Below, piece by piece: positions 29,995 through 38,957 of a stretch of 64,000 bases of DNA (its first letter is position 1; every line of letters starts with the position of its first letter). The stretch lies in the NCBI GenBank assembly GCA_963923945.1, contig OZ000551.1:335671-399670 (forward strand), written 5' to 3'. The stretch is from Alphaproteobacteria bacterium (GTDB lineage: Bacteria > Pseudomonadota > Alphaproteobacteria > G963923945). The notes beneath the pieces are model-generated. The model was not told where the DNA came from. It worked only from the letters and a program-made list of their open reading frames with translations, and did no database searches. A program made the position numbers and the translations under genes.

Positions 29995-31233
29995 TCAAGA
30001 AAAGTGAGCACTCAAGAAAACAAACTCAAAAAAACAATCCGTGATAGAGTGGTCATCGGGAACATGAAGCGATGCACGTTTCCAGGGGTCGGTATTGGGA
30101 ATGAACAAGCACAAAGCATTTTGCATGGTCATCCTCCGACAGGCGGCCGCTTGTTGAGCCAAATATCCAGTTGGGCACTGTGGCGCATTTTTGATCAGCT
30201 TCTCGGCAATTTGTTCCAATGTTTCAAAAAGTTCTTTTGTCTCTTTTGTCTCTTTGTGATCTTCATTGGCGTTGCCCCTGAGATTGTCGACCGTGTTATC
30301 GGCGTTGTTCTGCGCAGCATCATCGACATTGTTCCGGGATGATGGGGCAGTGTGGGTATTGAGACCAACAACATAGGTGTTGATATCACTCATTTGCTCC
30401 AGCAATTCGATGGCAGATGAAAAAGACGGTGCTTCGATACCAAACTCTTCCAAGAGCTTTTGTTTCAGCCGCAGGATTATTTCTTTGGTCATATGAGCAG
30501 CATCAACAACCGATTGATGAAATCCGGCCGAGGCGTGCTGGGTTGCTGAAAGAAATTTTTTCTGGGCGGGGTCCGTTGGACTGGATTCTGCTGAATTGGA
30601 TGAAATATCTGCCGATGGTTCTGATGAAATTTTCACCGATGGATCCCAAATTGCACGCGAACATTTTAATGTTGCCATTGAAAAGGGGTGTTCAGCCCAT
30701 GGTGATACAGGAGTGATTTCCCCGGCATAAGGACATAAATTGACCAATAAGAGAGGTTCGGGGAGTTTTTGTTCCAACCAAAAAAATGGTGCCAATCGCC
30801 GTTCTGGATCACCATGAACGGCGGGGTGGATATCATCCCAAAACATGGCGCAAAGATCGGCCAACAACTGCAGACCATCTTGAAGACCACGAAAACCATC
30901 GGTATGAAGGAGAGATACCGAAAACCAGATTGTGAGTAAGATATCTTTACTCTGATTCTCTAAAGCATCATGGCAAATAGATCGAACATGATTCCAGTCG
31001 GGTTTGATGAGATGTTCGCCATCAACCGCGGTCGCCGACAGTGATTTTCCCTTTACTATCTCCGTTTGAATTTGGTGATAGGCATCTTCATATCTTAAAT
31101 ATTTACCGGTCGACATTTCAGAGGAAATCGGTGCCAGAAGGGCCATCGGATCGAAAACCACATACCGAGATTCTTGGTTTAGGAATTTTTGACTGCTGTT
31201 GATCATGCGAAACTCCTGGAACCGATATGCCAT
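29995..31233 (-). CDS. tssA: type VI secretion system protein TssA-like (ImpA_N domain protein)
   Basis: N-terminal ImpA_N hallmarks (MALLAPISSEMSTGKYLRYEDAYHQIQTEI; DWNHVRSICHDALENQSKDILLTIWFSVSLLHTDGFRGLQDGLQLLADLCAMFWDDIHP). C-terminal conserved segment resembles short TssA proteins (PQCPTGYLAQQAAACRRMT). The true start is probably an internal Met (M10 or M30 of the ORF). Confidence 0.75.
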   Translation of the reverse strand: MAYRFQEFRMINSSQKFLNQESRYVVFDPMALLAPISSEMSTGKYLRYEDAYHQIQTEIVKGKSLSATAVDGEHLIKPDWNHVRSICHDALENQSKDILLTIWFSVSLLHTDGFRGLQDGLQLLADLCAMFWDDIHPAVHGDPERRLAPFFWLEQKLPEPLLLVNLCPYAGEITPVSPWAEHPFSMATLKCSRAIWDPSVKISSEPSADISSNSAESSPTDPAQKKFLSATQHASAGFHQSVVDAAHMTKEIILRLKQKLLEEFGIEAPSFSSAIELLEQMSDINTYVVGLNTHTAPSSRNNVDDAAQNNADNTVDNLRGNANEDHKETKETKELFETLEQIAEKLIKNAPQCPTGYLAQQAAACRRMTMQNALCLFIPNTDPWKRASLHVPDDHSITDCFFEFVFLSAHFS

Positions 31234-31248
31234 GTTGCGGAAATATGA

Positions 31249-32298
31249 TCATGGATGGATGACCTCCAATTGTCGTTGATGATTTTCAGCCGCAACCGCG
31301 ATAATCAATGGTCTGGTGATCCACTCTTCCCGCATGATGATGCGGAAACTCTCTTCACGGTTTTCAAAAGCGTGGATTTTGTAGTGTCCGCCGATAATTT
31401 CCTCGAGAGCTGCCCGGATATGGATGCCAACCTCTTGGAAACAGAGGTAACTCTCTTGGTGATCAAATGGTTTGAGAGTCGGGGGTGCTTCCTGGTCACG
31501 AAGATGGTCGATATGTCCAAGGATGGCACATAAATCCAGATAGATATGAAAAGGATGGGGATTGGCTTTTAATCGGGCATCAGCCACCAGTAATCCCGCA
31601 GATAGGGATTGAACAAAAAACCGGTATTCGAGTTTGCTAATTCTGTTGGTGGGCTTTGAATCGCGACGGTTTTCCACCAATCTCCATATGGCTTTCCGGA
31701 TATCCGAGAGGATAGCATCAATGTAACGCCATTGATCACTATTGGTCTCAATTTGTAGAGTCGGCGGGAAGTAATCAGTTTGCGAAAATCGCCCTTGTTG
31801 GCATCGAATACGTGCAATGATGAGTCGGTTCCCTAACGCCTCGCCTTGGTCAAGAATGGCAAGATTGATCGGTGATTTATAGACTGTAATGGGGGCGGTT
31901 TGGTCGCTGGATTCGGTGATTTGGATTTCCGTAAAATCTTGGTATGCACCATCATCGGCCGATGTCTTACCGATACAGATATTCAGCTCTTCGCCGTTGG
32001 TTTTATCGGTTGGTAACGTAATACTCATCGGCGTTTGTTGAGAATCGCTACGTATGATTTGTCAATCGGGAAGAACGGCATCAGCCACAACAAGGGTAAA
32101 GACTCCTTGCGGAATCGTATCGGCATCAATTTTGTAGGAATGGACTCCCCAGGGAAAAGGGATGGCACTGGCGGTGTGGTGGAAGGCAACATTGGCCAGC
32201 CGACTGGTGAGATGATTCATGTGCCCAGCAGAGAGCATCATCCCATCTTGCCAAAAAATTTCCTGATCAAGATTGGTTGGCTCAATCAATGTTCGCAA
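31249..32298 (-). pseudogene. tssK: type VI secretion baseplate protein TssK-like, interrupted by an in-frame TGA (at 32062-32064) and C-terminally short
   Basis: Upstream ORF (78 aa) has a TssK-like N-terminus (IFWQDGMMLSAGHMNHLTSRLA). The same reading frame continues after a TGA with a 259 aa ORF containing a TssK-like HPYxLYLxLCxL motif (NPHPFHIYLDLCAILGHIDHL). The combined length of about 349 aa is shorter than canonical TssK (about 445 aa). Confidence 0.55.
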
Positions 32299-32928
32299 GC
32301 CCTATCATCTTTTGTCTTTTGTTGTCTTTTGAACATTCATTCTTCAAGTCCATTTCACCGATATGACGGTGACGACACGAATGTTACGACGGAACCATAT
32401 TTTTTGTCGTGCCTGGCATCATAGAGAAACTTTCACAGCCAAAAATACCATATTCATGGGACAACCGGAGAGTCCCCGACATGATCAAGGGTCGCGCATG
32501 ACTGCCCGAATGTGAGGACTATGATCATTATGTTTGTCCCGGAGTCTGTCCGATTGAACGTCATGAACAGACCAGATGTGAAGCTATGGGTGCCGTTCTC
32601 TCAAGGAGAGAGTGGTGCTTGATGCATAACCGGATACAAACAAATGAGCCCGCATCATGGCTCTTAGCAGGATGAAAAATTGGGTGATTCTTTTAGGAGA
32701 AGACTCCTTTTTCCTCGGCGCTTGATCATAAATGTCAGCCGCTTGATTTTCTGGTTGCCAAATTCTTTGATTGACTGTCGGGCCATGCCTGCAGAAAGCC
32801 GCACATCTGTATTATCAAGCAGCACCGCACCGGGCCTGAAGCAAGGTCTGGACTTCGAGTCTCAGCACAACGACAAGCATCGGTGCGTATGGATGATTGG
32901 CTTTTTGAGTGTCGGCTTTTATTGGCTT

Positions 32929-32973
32929 AGCAGACCATTTCATGTCTCCCCTTTTAGGAGAGACATGAAATGG
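32929..32973 (-). terminator. perfect 16-bp inverted repeat (hairpin) immediately downstream of yejB
   Basis: accatttcatgtctcc-cctttt-aggagacatgaaatggt. No clear U-tract follows on the minus strand, so it may be a structural or regulatory hairpin rather than an intrinsic terminator. Confidence 0.35.
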
Positions 32974-32986
32974 TTAATCCCATCGC

Positions 32987-34120
32987 CTAATATTTATCTT
33001 GACTTTCGAAATCGATACGCGGGTCAACCAGGACATAAACCAAGTCATTGATCAATTTAAGAACCAAACCAAACAGAGTAAAAATATATAAGGTTCCAAA
33101 CATAACCGGGTAATCACGGCCCAAAGCCGCCTCAAAGCCCAGCAGCCCCAGACCATCGAGTGAAAAAATGACCTCAATCAATAAAGACCCGGTAAACAGA
33201 ATACTGAGAAAAGCACCCGGAAAACCCGAAATGACAATCAGCATGGCGTTGCGGAAAACATGGCCATAAAGCACCCGGTTTTCGGTCAAACCCTTGGCCC
33301 GGGCGGTCATGACGTATTGCTTGTTGATTTCTTCAAGAAAAGAATTCTTGGTCAGCATAGTCAAGCTGGCAAACCCACCCACAACCATCGCGGTCACCGG
33401 CAAACAAATATGCCAGAAATAATCAAGAATGCGGGCCGACCAACTCAGCTCTTCCCAATCGGGAGAAGTGAGGCCGCGTAAAGGAAAAATATCCAGAAAG
33501 CTGCCCCCGGCAAACAGGACAATCAATAAAATAGCAAACAAAAAACCGGGGATGGCATAGCCGATAATCACCACCGCCGAGCTCCAAAGGTCAAACCGGC
33601 TGCCGTCAAGAACCGCTTTGCGCACACCCAACGGAATTGACACACAATACACCAGGAGGGTTGTCCAAAGACCCAGCGAAATGGAAACCGGCATCTTATC
33701 AATGATCAAGTCAATCACCGCCCGGTCACGGTAAAAACTCTCGCCAAAATCGAACAACACATAATTTTTGAGCATCAGCCAAAAACGCTCAATAGCCGGT
33801 TTATCAAAACCATATTGCTTCTCAAGATCAGCAATCAAAGCTGGGTCAATGCCCCGTGACCCGCGGTATTTATCGCTCACCGCCGAACCACCCGATGATG
33901 CTTGACCGCGTAAATCGCCGCCATCAGCACCCGAAAGGCGGGCGGTGAGATCAATGTTTGTGCCCTTGAGTTCAGCCAGAACCCGCTCCACCGGACCACC
34001 GGGTGCAGCCTGAACAATCACAAAATTAACGATTAAAATCCCCAGCAGTGTCGGAATGATCAACAGCATCCGACGCAGAATATAGGCGACCATATGGTGA
34101 TACCCCCAAGCTGAAAACAA
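32987..34120 (-). CDS. yejB: peptide ABC transporter permease (YejB/OppB/DppB family)
   Basis: 377 aa. N-terminal TM ([32 protein letters not shown]) typical of OppB-type permeases. EAA loop region ([26 protein letters not shown]). Confidence 0.85.
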   Translation of the reverse strand: MFSAWGYHHMVAYILRRMLLIIPTLLGILIVNFVIVQAAPGGPVERVLAELKGTNIDLTARLSGADGGDLRGQASSGGSAVSDKYRGSRGIDPALIADLEKQYGFDKPAIERFWLMLKNYVLFDFGESFYRDRAVIDLIIDKMPVSISLGLWTTLLVYCVSIPLGVRKAVLDGSRFDLWSSAVVIIGYAIPGFLFAILLIVLFAGGSFLDIFPLRGLTSPDWEELSWSARILDYFWHICLPVTAMVVGGFASLTMLTKNSFLEEINKQYVMTARAKGLTENRVLYGHVFRNAMLIVISGFPGAFLSILFTGSLLIEVIFSLDGLGLLGFEAALGRDYPVMFGTLYIFTLFGLVLKLINDLVYVLVDPRIDFESQDKY

Positions 34121-34127
34121 TCACATG

Positions 34128-36206
34128 TCAGCGTCGGCGGCCCGCTTGAATCAAGAAAGCAACCATCGCAAAACAGACAATCATCAGCCACACAATATCC
34201 CAGGTAAATCCCGATGATTCCTCGGCGTCTAAAGACTGTTCTTCGGGTGCTGACTGGGGTCCCGTATCAACAGCCGCTTGATCAATACCCTCTAATGCGC
34301 CCGGGTTGACATCGCCATCAATCAAGGCCGCTTTAACCGGATCAAACCACCAAAAATCCAGACCCAGCGCATAATCCGGCGTGATGGCCGGTCGATCATA
34401 GAAATCCCAATAGGCGACTCGAAAACTGCGCAGATGATAATGGGGAATCACATAATATCCCCAGAGCAAAACCCGATCGAGGGCGCGGGTACGGGCAATC
34501 AAACTCTCCCGGTCCGGGGCGGCAATAATCTGATCCACCAAGGCATCAACCACCGGGTCGGAAACCCCAGCCATATTACGGCTACCGGGGCGGTTGGCGG
34601 CATCACTGCTCCACATATCCAGCTGTTCGTTACCCGGTGATAAGGATTGAGGGAACAAACCAACCGCCATATCAAAGTCGAAATTTTCCATACGTTTTTG
34701 ATATTGTGAGTCATCTTGTACAGTGCGCAAGCGGGTGATGACACCCAACCGTTCGAGATTTTTCCGAAACGGGTTGGTAATCCGTTCAAACAGGGGGGAG
34801 CGCAACAGAATCTCAAATTCCATCACCATGCCGGTTTGGCTGTTGGTCAAGACCCCATCACTTATCTCCCAGCCGGCTTGTTGCAAAAGGCGCCGGGCCA
34901 GACGCAAATTATCGCGGATTCCCTCAGCACTGTTTGGGGCCTGATAGACCGCCTCAAAAACCTCAGAAGGCACCTGATCCCGATAGGGTTCAAGAATGGC
35001 CAATTCTTCTTGCCCCGGCAGACCGCTGGCCGCCAATTCTGAATTGGAAAAATAGCTCTGGGTGCGGGTATAAGCATCGTAAAACAGGTTGCGGTTCGAC
35101 CATTCAAAATCAAAGGCCAAAGAAAGAGCCAGACGCACCCGCGGATCGCCGAAAATCGCCTTGCGGGTGTTGAAAACATAGCCTTGCATACCGGTTGAAT
35201 TGGCATGGGTAATTTCCTCAACTTTAACCAGACCCTGCTCACGGGCCGGAAAATTATAGCCGGTCGCCCACGTCTTGGAGGCATTTTCCAACCGAAAATC
35301 ATAATCTCCAGCCTTGAAGGCCTCCAAAGATACGGTTTGATCACGATAGAGATCGTAAACAATACGATCAAAATTGTAGCGGCCGGCATTGACCGCCAAG
35401 TCGCGGCCCCAATAATCCGGATCACGCGCATAGGTGATCGAACGGCCCGGATCAACAGCACTGATCCGATAAGGACCACTGCCAACCGGTGGGTCTAAAG
35501 TGGTTTCCGAAAAATCACGCTCAGACCAATAGGCTTTTGATAAAATCGGCACACCGCTGCCGATAATCAGCGGCAATTCCCGGTTATTTCCCGGTTTAAA
35601 ACGGAATGTAACCTCCCCCGGGCCGCTTTCCTCAACCGATTCCACACCGGCAAAATAAGACCGATAAAAAGGATGACCATATTTCATAATGGTCTCAAAG
35701 GAGAATATGACATCATCAACCGTAATCGGCCGACCATCATGGAAACGCGCCTGTGGATGCAATCGGAAAGAGACCCAGCTGCGGTCTTCGGGCATGCGGA
35801 CAGTTTCGGCAATCCGGCCATATTGGGCAAAGGCCTCATCACTTGAGGGGTCCATCAATGTCTCAAAGAGGTAAGATAAACCGGGTGCGGAAACCCCCTT
35901 GAGGATATAGGGGTTGAGATTATCAAAGCTGCCAATCCGGGCCAGACGCATCATTCCACCCTTGGGAGCGGCCGGGTTGGCATATTGATAATGGGTGAAA
36001 TCAGCCGGGTATTTCGGTTCCCCATGCATGGCCACACCATGACGCCATACCGGTTCTTCAGCCACAGCCCCAAAGGCCGTTGCCATCCCAAGCCCCACCA
36101 GGGTGGTCATCTGAATACCAACCCGAGTTAATTGAGAAATAATATGACCGATACCGCTCTTTTTTAGCGGTTTTATTGGTTTAACCGGTTTGATCATTTT
36201 CATCAT
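34128..36206 (-). CDS. yejA: extracellular solute-binding protein family 5 (YejA-like peptide-binding protein) with a C-terminal extension containing a TM helix
   Basis: About 600 aa SBP_bac_5-type core (WSFRLHPQARFHDGRPITVDDVIFSFE; GSGPYRIS). N-terminal signal-like segment. The last roughly 50 aa form an acidic linker plus a hydrophobic helix and RRR (FTWDIVWLMIVCFAMVAFLIQAGRRR). Confidence 0.8.
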   Translation of the reverse strand: MMKMIKPVKPIKPLKKSGIGHIISQLTRVGIQMTTLVGLGMATAFGAVAEEPVWRHGVAMHGEPKYPADFTHYQYANPAAPKGGMMRLARIGSFDNLNPYILKGVSAPGLSYLFETLMDPSSDEAFAQYGRIAETVRMPEDRSWVSFRLHPQARFHDGRPITVDDVIFSFETIMKYGHPFYRSYFAGVESVEESGPGEVTFRFKPGNNRELPLIIGSGVPILSKAYWSERDFSETTLDPPVGSGPYRISAVDPGRSITYARDPDYWGRDLAVNAGRYNFDRIVYDLYRDQTVSLEAFKAGDYDFRLENASKTWATGYNFPAREQGLVKVEEITHANSTGMQGYVFNTRKAIFGDPRVRLALSLAFDFEWSNRNLFYDAYTRTQSYFSNSELAASGLPGQEELAILEPYRDQVPSEVFEAVYQAPNSAEGIRDNLRLARRLLQQAGWEISDGVLTNSQTGMVMEFEILLRSPLFERITNPFRKNLERLGVITRLRTVQDDSQYQKRMENFDFDMAVGLFPQSLSPGNEQLDMWSSDAANRPGSRNMAGVSDPVVDALVDQIIAAPDRESLIARTRALDRVLLWGYYVIPHYHLRSFRVAYWDFYDRPAITPDYALGLDFWWFDPVKAALIDGDVNPGALEGIDQAAVDTGPQSAPEEQSLDAEESSGFTWDIVWLMIVCFAMVAFLIQAGRRR

Positions 36207-36239
36207 TTTGATTATTCACCCTATCTTACTGAATCATTT

Positions 36240-37031
36240 TTATGTCTTTGCCCCATCATTCAAGATATCCAGAATCGGGGCCTGCAGCCCGGCATCACCA
36301 ACCGCCAGAATGCGACCATCGGAGTTGAGATCGAGCGGGCGGCCCGCCCAATCGCTGATTCGCCCTCCCGCCGCCTCAACAACCGGCGCTAAGGCCAGAA
36401 AATCGCATGGCTTCATGGTTGATTCAGCAACAACATCAATCATGCCACTGGCCAGAAGACCATAAGCATAACAATCAAGGCCGTATTGTGGCCATTTTAC
36501 CGCCCGACACAAAATATCAAAAGCCGCTTTATCGGGTTGTGGGAACATATGGGGGCTGGTCGCGTATAGCATAGCCCTGTCCAGAGATGCACAGGATCGG
36601 GTCCGGCATGGCATGTTATTGAAGGTGGCACCAGAGCCGGTCATCCCAGCCCAGCGTTCTTGGGTGATTGGATGATCAATAACCCCTAAAATGGCTGTCC
36701 CTTGCCGTAACAATCCGATGAGTGTACCAAAAAGGGGCCGCCCGGTAATAAAGCCCGCCGTCCCGTCAATCGGGTCAAGCACCCAGACATATTCGGCGTT
36801 TTGGTTATGGGGACTAAACTCCTCACCGATAATGCCGTGATGGGGATATGTTGCAGCAATTTTTTCGCGAAAAATTGTCTCAATTTCACGGTCAATAGCT
36901 GTCACCGGACTATGATCTGACTTATCATCCACGGCCATCGGTTGGCGGAAGTGACGCCGCAAGATCAAGCCGCTGTGATCAGCCAAGGCTTTGGCAAAAA
37001 CCAAATATTCCTGAAATGGACCCGCCTTCAT
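36240..37031 (-). CDS. inositol monophosphatase family protein (possible histidinol-phosphatase HisN)
   Basis: IMPase motifs (PVTAIDREIE, WVLDPIDGTAGF, WDLAP-like region near the C-terminus). 263 aa. Confidence 0.75.
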   Translation of the reverse strand: MKAGPFQEYLVFAKALADHSGLILRRHFRQPMAVDDKSDHSPVTAIDREIETIFREKIAATYPHHGIIGEEFSPHNQNAEYVWVLDPIDGTAGFITGRPLFGTLIGLLRQGTAILGVIDHPITQERWAGMTGSGATFNNMPCRTRSCASLDRAMLYATSPHMFPQPDKAAFDILCRAVKWPQYGLDCYAYGLLASGMIDVVAESTMKPCDFLALAPVVEAAGGRISDWAGRPLDLNSDGRILAVGDAGLQAPILDILNDGAKT

Positions 37032-37215
37032 AGCCGGATGTCATAACAGATCAGTAAGGGGTTGTCGCGATGGTTGTCGCAATCGTTATCACAACACCCA
37101 CGTGATGTCTTTTGCATCTGCATGGTCGCTTTTTGATCGTGGGTATGATTAATGCCAATACCCCAACCGACAACCACTACGCTGCAAAACCGGGGATACT
37201 GTTTGACTCGGTATC

Positions 37216-37800
37216 TTATTCAGCCGATGAAGGAAGATCACTCAGGCTGCGTAAATAGGCAATCAGATCGGCTCGCTGGGCGGGATCACGAATACCCTTG
37301 AAGATCATTTTAGTGCCCGGCGCATATGTTTTGGGATTAGCCAAAAAACCATCCAGTTCCTGATCATTCCAAACACCGGCCAATTGGCTCAAAGCCCCAG
37401 AATATGTAAAATCCGGATGCTTGGCTTGGGCGGCCCCGACAATCCCCCACAGAGGGGGGCCGATTTTGGCTTGCCCACCCGGTTCAAAATCGTGGCAGGC
37501 CCGGCATTTTTTAGCCACTTTAACCCCCGCTTGCGGATCACCGGCCGCCCCCATCGCCGCTGAATTGGTTGGCTGCTCAACCACCGCGATCCCGGCCGCC
37601 TCCAGAACTGGCGGCGCATCTGCCGCATCCGCCAACGCGGTTGCCGAGACCGGATAGGCATTGCTCTGCGGAGTCACCGGATGCACGAGATGGTCCCCCA
37701 CCACCCGGGCCAGGGTCGGAATAAGAAGAGCAATCAGAACCGCTGCGAAAATTTTATTACGTTCCAATGTTGCAATATCCCAATGTTGCAATATCCCCAC
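37216..37800 (-). CDS. membrane-anchored mono-haem c-type cytochrome (cytochrome c2/c552-like)
   Basis: N-terminal TM (IFAAVLIALLIPTL). Single CxxCH (CRACHDF). C-terminal Met ligand region (GTKMIFKG). The N-terminal coding region contains a 16-bp direct repeat. Confidence 0.75.
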   Translation of the reverse strand: MGILQHWDIATLERNKIFAAVLIALLIPTLARVVGDHLVHPVTPQSNAYPVSATALADAADAPPVLEAAGIAVVEQPTNSAAMGAAGDPQAGVKVAKKCRACHDFEPGGQAKIGPPLWGIVGAAQAKHPDFTYSGALSQLAGVWNDQELDGFLANPKTYAPGTKMIFKGIRDPAQRADLIAYLRSLSDLPSSAE

Positions 37801-37914
37801 ATCACGCGATTTTATTCCCAGATTTTATCCCATAATCCCGCAATCATATTGCATCTATCCAAACAGAAGAGCCAACCATGATATCTAAATGATTTTTCCA
37901 TTCATCATGATATT

Positions 37915-38022
37915 TTCTTGTCATGTTTCTTGTCATGTTTCTTGTCATGTTTCTTGTCATGTTTCTTGTCATGTTTCTTGTCATGTTTCTTGTCATGTTT
38001 CTTGTCATGTTTCTTGTCATGA
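37915..38022. repeat. 12-bp tandem repeat (tcttgtcatgtt) x about 9
   Basis: Direct reading. Perfect head-to-tail copies in the divergent intergenic region between the cytochrome c gene and kdsB. The 76-aa ORF MFLVMFLV... is just its translation. Confidence 0.9.
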
Positions 38023-38194
38023 TTGTCTATTTTTACATGTTTTTTAACGGACTTTATTTTTACGCGCCTTATGAGAGTCGACAACTTTGTTATTATGATG
38101 CTCTTTCTGAAATATCCTATAAAAAATTTAAAATGTTCTGTAAAAAATATTGAAAAATCAGATAAAAATTAACCCTAATCCGTAAAATTATATC

Positions 38195-38941
38195 TTGTCG
38201 TACCCGCTACGCCCGATCATTGTCATTCCCAGCCGTATGGCCGCACGCCGCTTGCCGGGCAAACCTCTGGCCGATATCGTCGGCCAGCCAATGGTTGTCC
38301 GGGTATGGCGCAACGCCCAAAAGGCGGGCGTTGGCCCAGTGGTGGTCGCGTGCGACGAAGAGGCGATTGCCGAGGCGATCATCAGCCAAGGCGGGATGGC
38401 TATTCTCACCGACCCTGACATGCCCTCAGGATCAGACCGGGTACGGGCGGCCATTGAGATGCATGATCCGGCCAAATATTATACGGTTGTTATCAATCTG
38501 CAAGGGGATTTACCCCTGTTGCCGCCGGCTTATCTGCGCGATGTTCTGCGCCCTCTGGATCAAGAGACAGTCGATATCGCCACCTTGGTTTGTCCGATCC
38601 AAGAAGATTGGGAACGCCATAACCCCCATGTTGTCAAAGCGGCGGTGGGTTTTGGTAAAGGCGAGAAAACCGCCCGGGTTGTTTATTTCAGCCGGTCGCC
38701 CATTCCCGGTGGGGAAGGACCGCTTTATCATCATATTGGTCTTTATGCTTATCGCCGGACGGCTTTGGAGACCTTTGCTGATTTGCCCGAGGGAATCTTG
38801 GAGCAACGGGAAAAACTGGAGCAATTACGCGCGATAGAAAACGGCATGCGCATTGATGCGGTTTGCGTTGACAGCCCGAGCCCAGGGGTTGATACTCCCG
38901 AAGATCTTGCGCGGATTCGCGGCATGTTTTCCCAAATTTGA
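38195..38941 (+). CDS. kdsB: 3-deoxy-manno-octulosonate cytidylyltransferase (CMP-KDO synthetase)
   Basis: N-terminal IIVIPSRMAARRLPGKPL and LQGDLPL motif. 248 aa. Confidence 0.9.
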   Translation: MSYPLRPIIVIPSRMAARRLPGKPLADIVGQPMVVRVWRNAQKAGVGPVVVACDEEAIAEAIISQGGMAILTDPDMPSGSDRVRAAIEMHDPAKYYTVVINLQGDLPLLPPAYLRDVLRPLDQETVDIATLVCPIQEDWERHNPHVVKAAVGFGKGEKTARVVYFSRSPIPGGEGPLYHHIGLYAYRRTALETFADLPEGILEQREKLEQLRAIENGMRIDAVCVDSPSPGVDTPEDLARIRGMFSQI

Positions 38942-38957
38942 GGGCCAGATTCTGGCC

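Noticed and set aside
29804-32986. Possibility that the yej insert is an IS/transposon or prophage fragment
   Set aside because: No transposase, integrase, terminal inverted repeats or target-site duplications were recognisable. The content is two T6SS homologues plus non-coding DNA.
34862-35485. 207-aa minus-strand ORF within yejA
   Set aside because: Out-of-frame overlap of the substrate-binding protein gene.
37923-38153. 76-aa ORF MFLVMFLVMFLV...
   Set aside because: It is simply the translation of the 12-bp x9 tandem repeat in an intergenic region. No RBS, and a nonsensical periodic peptide.
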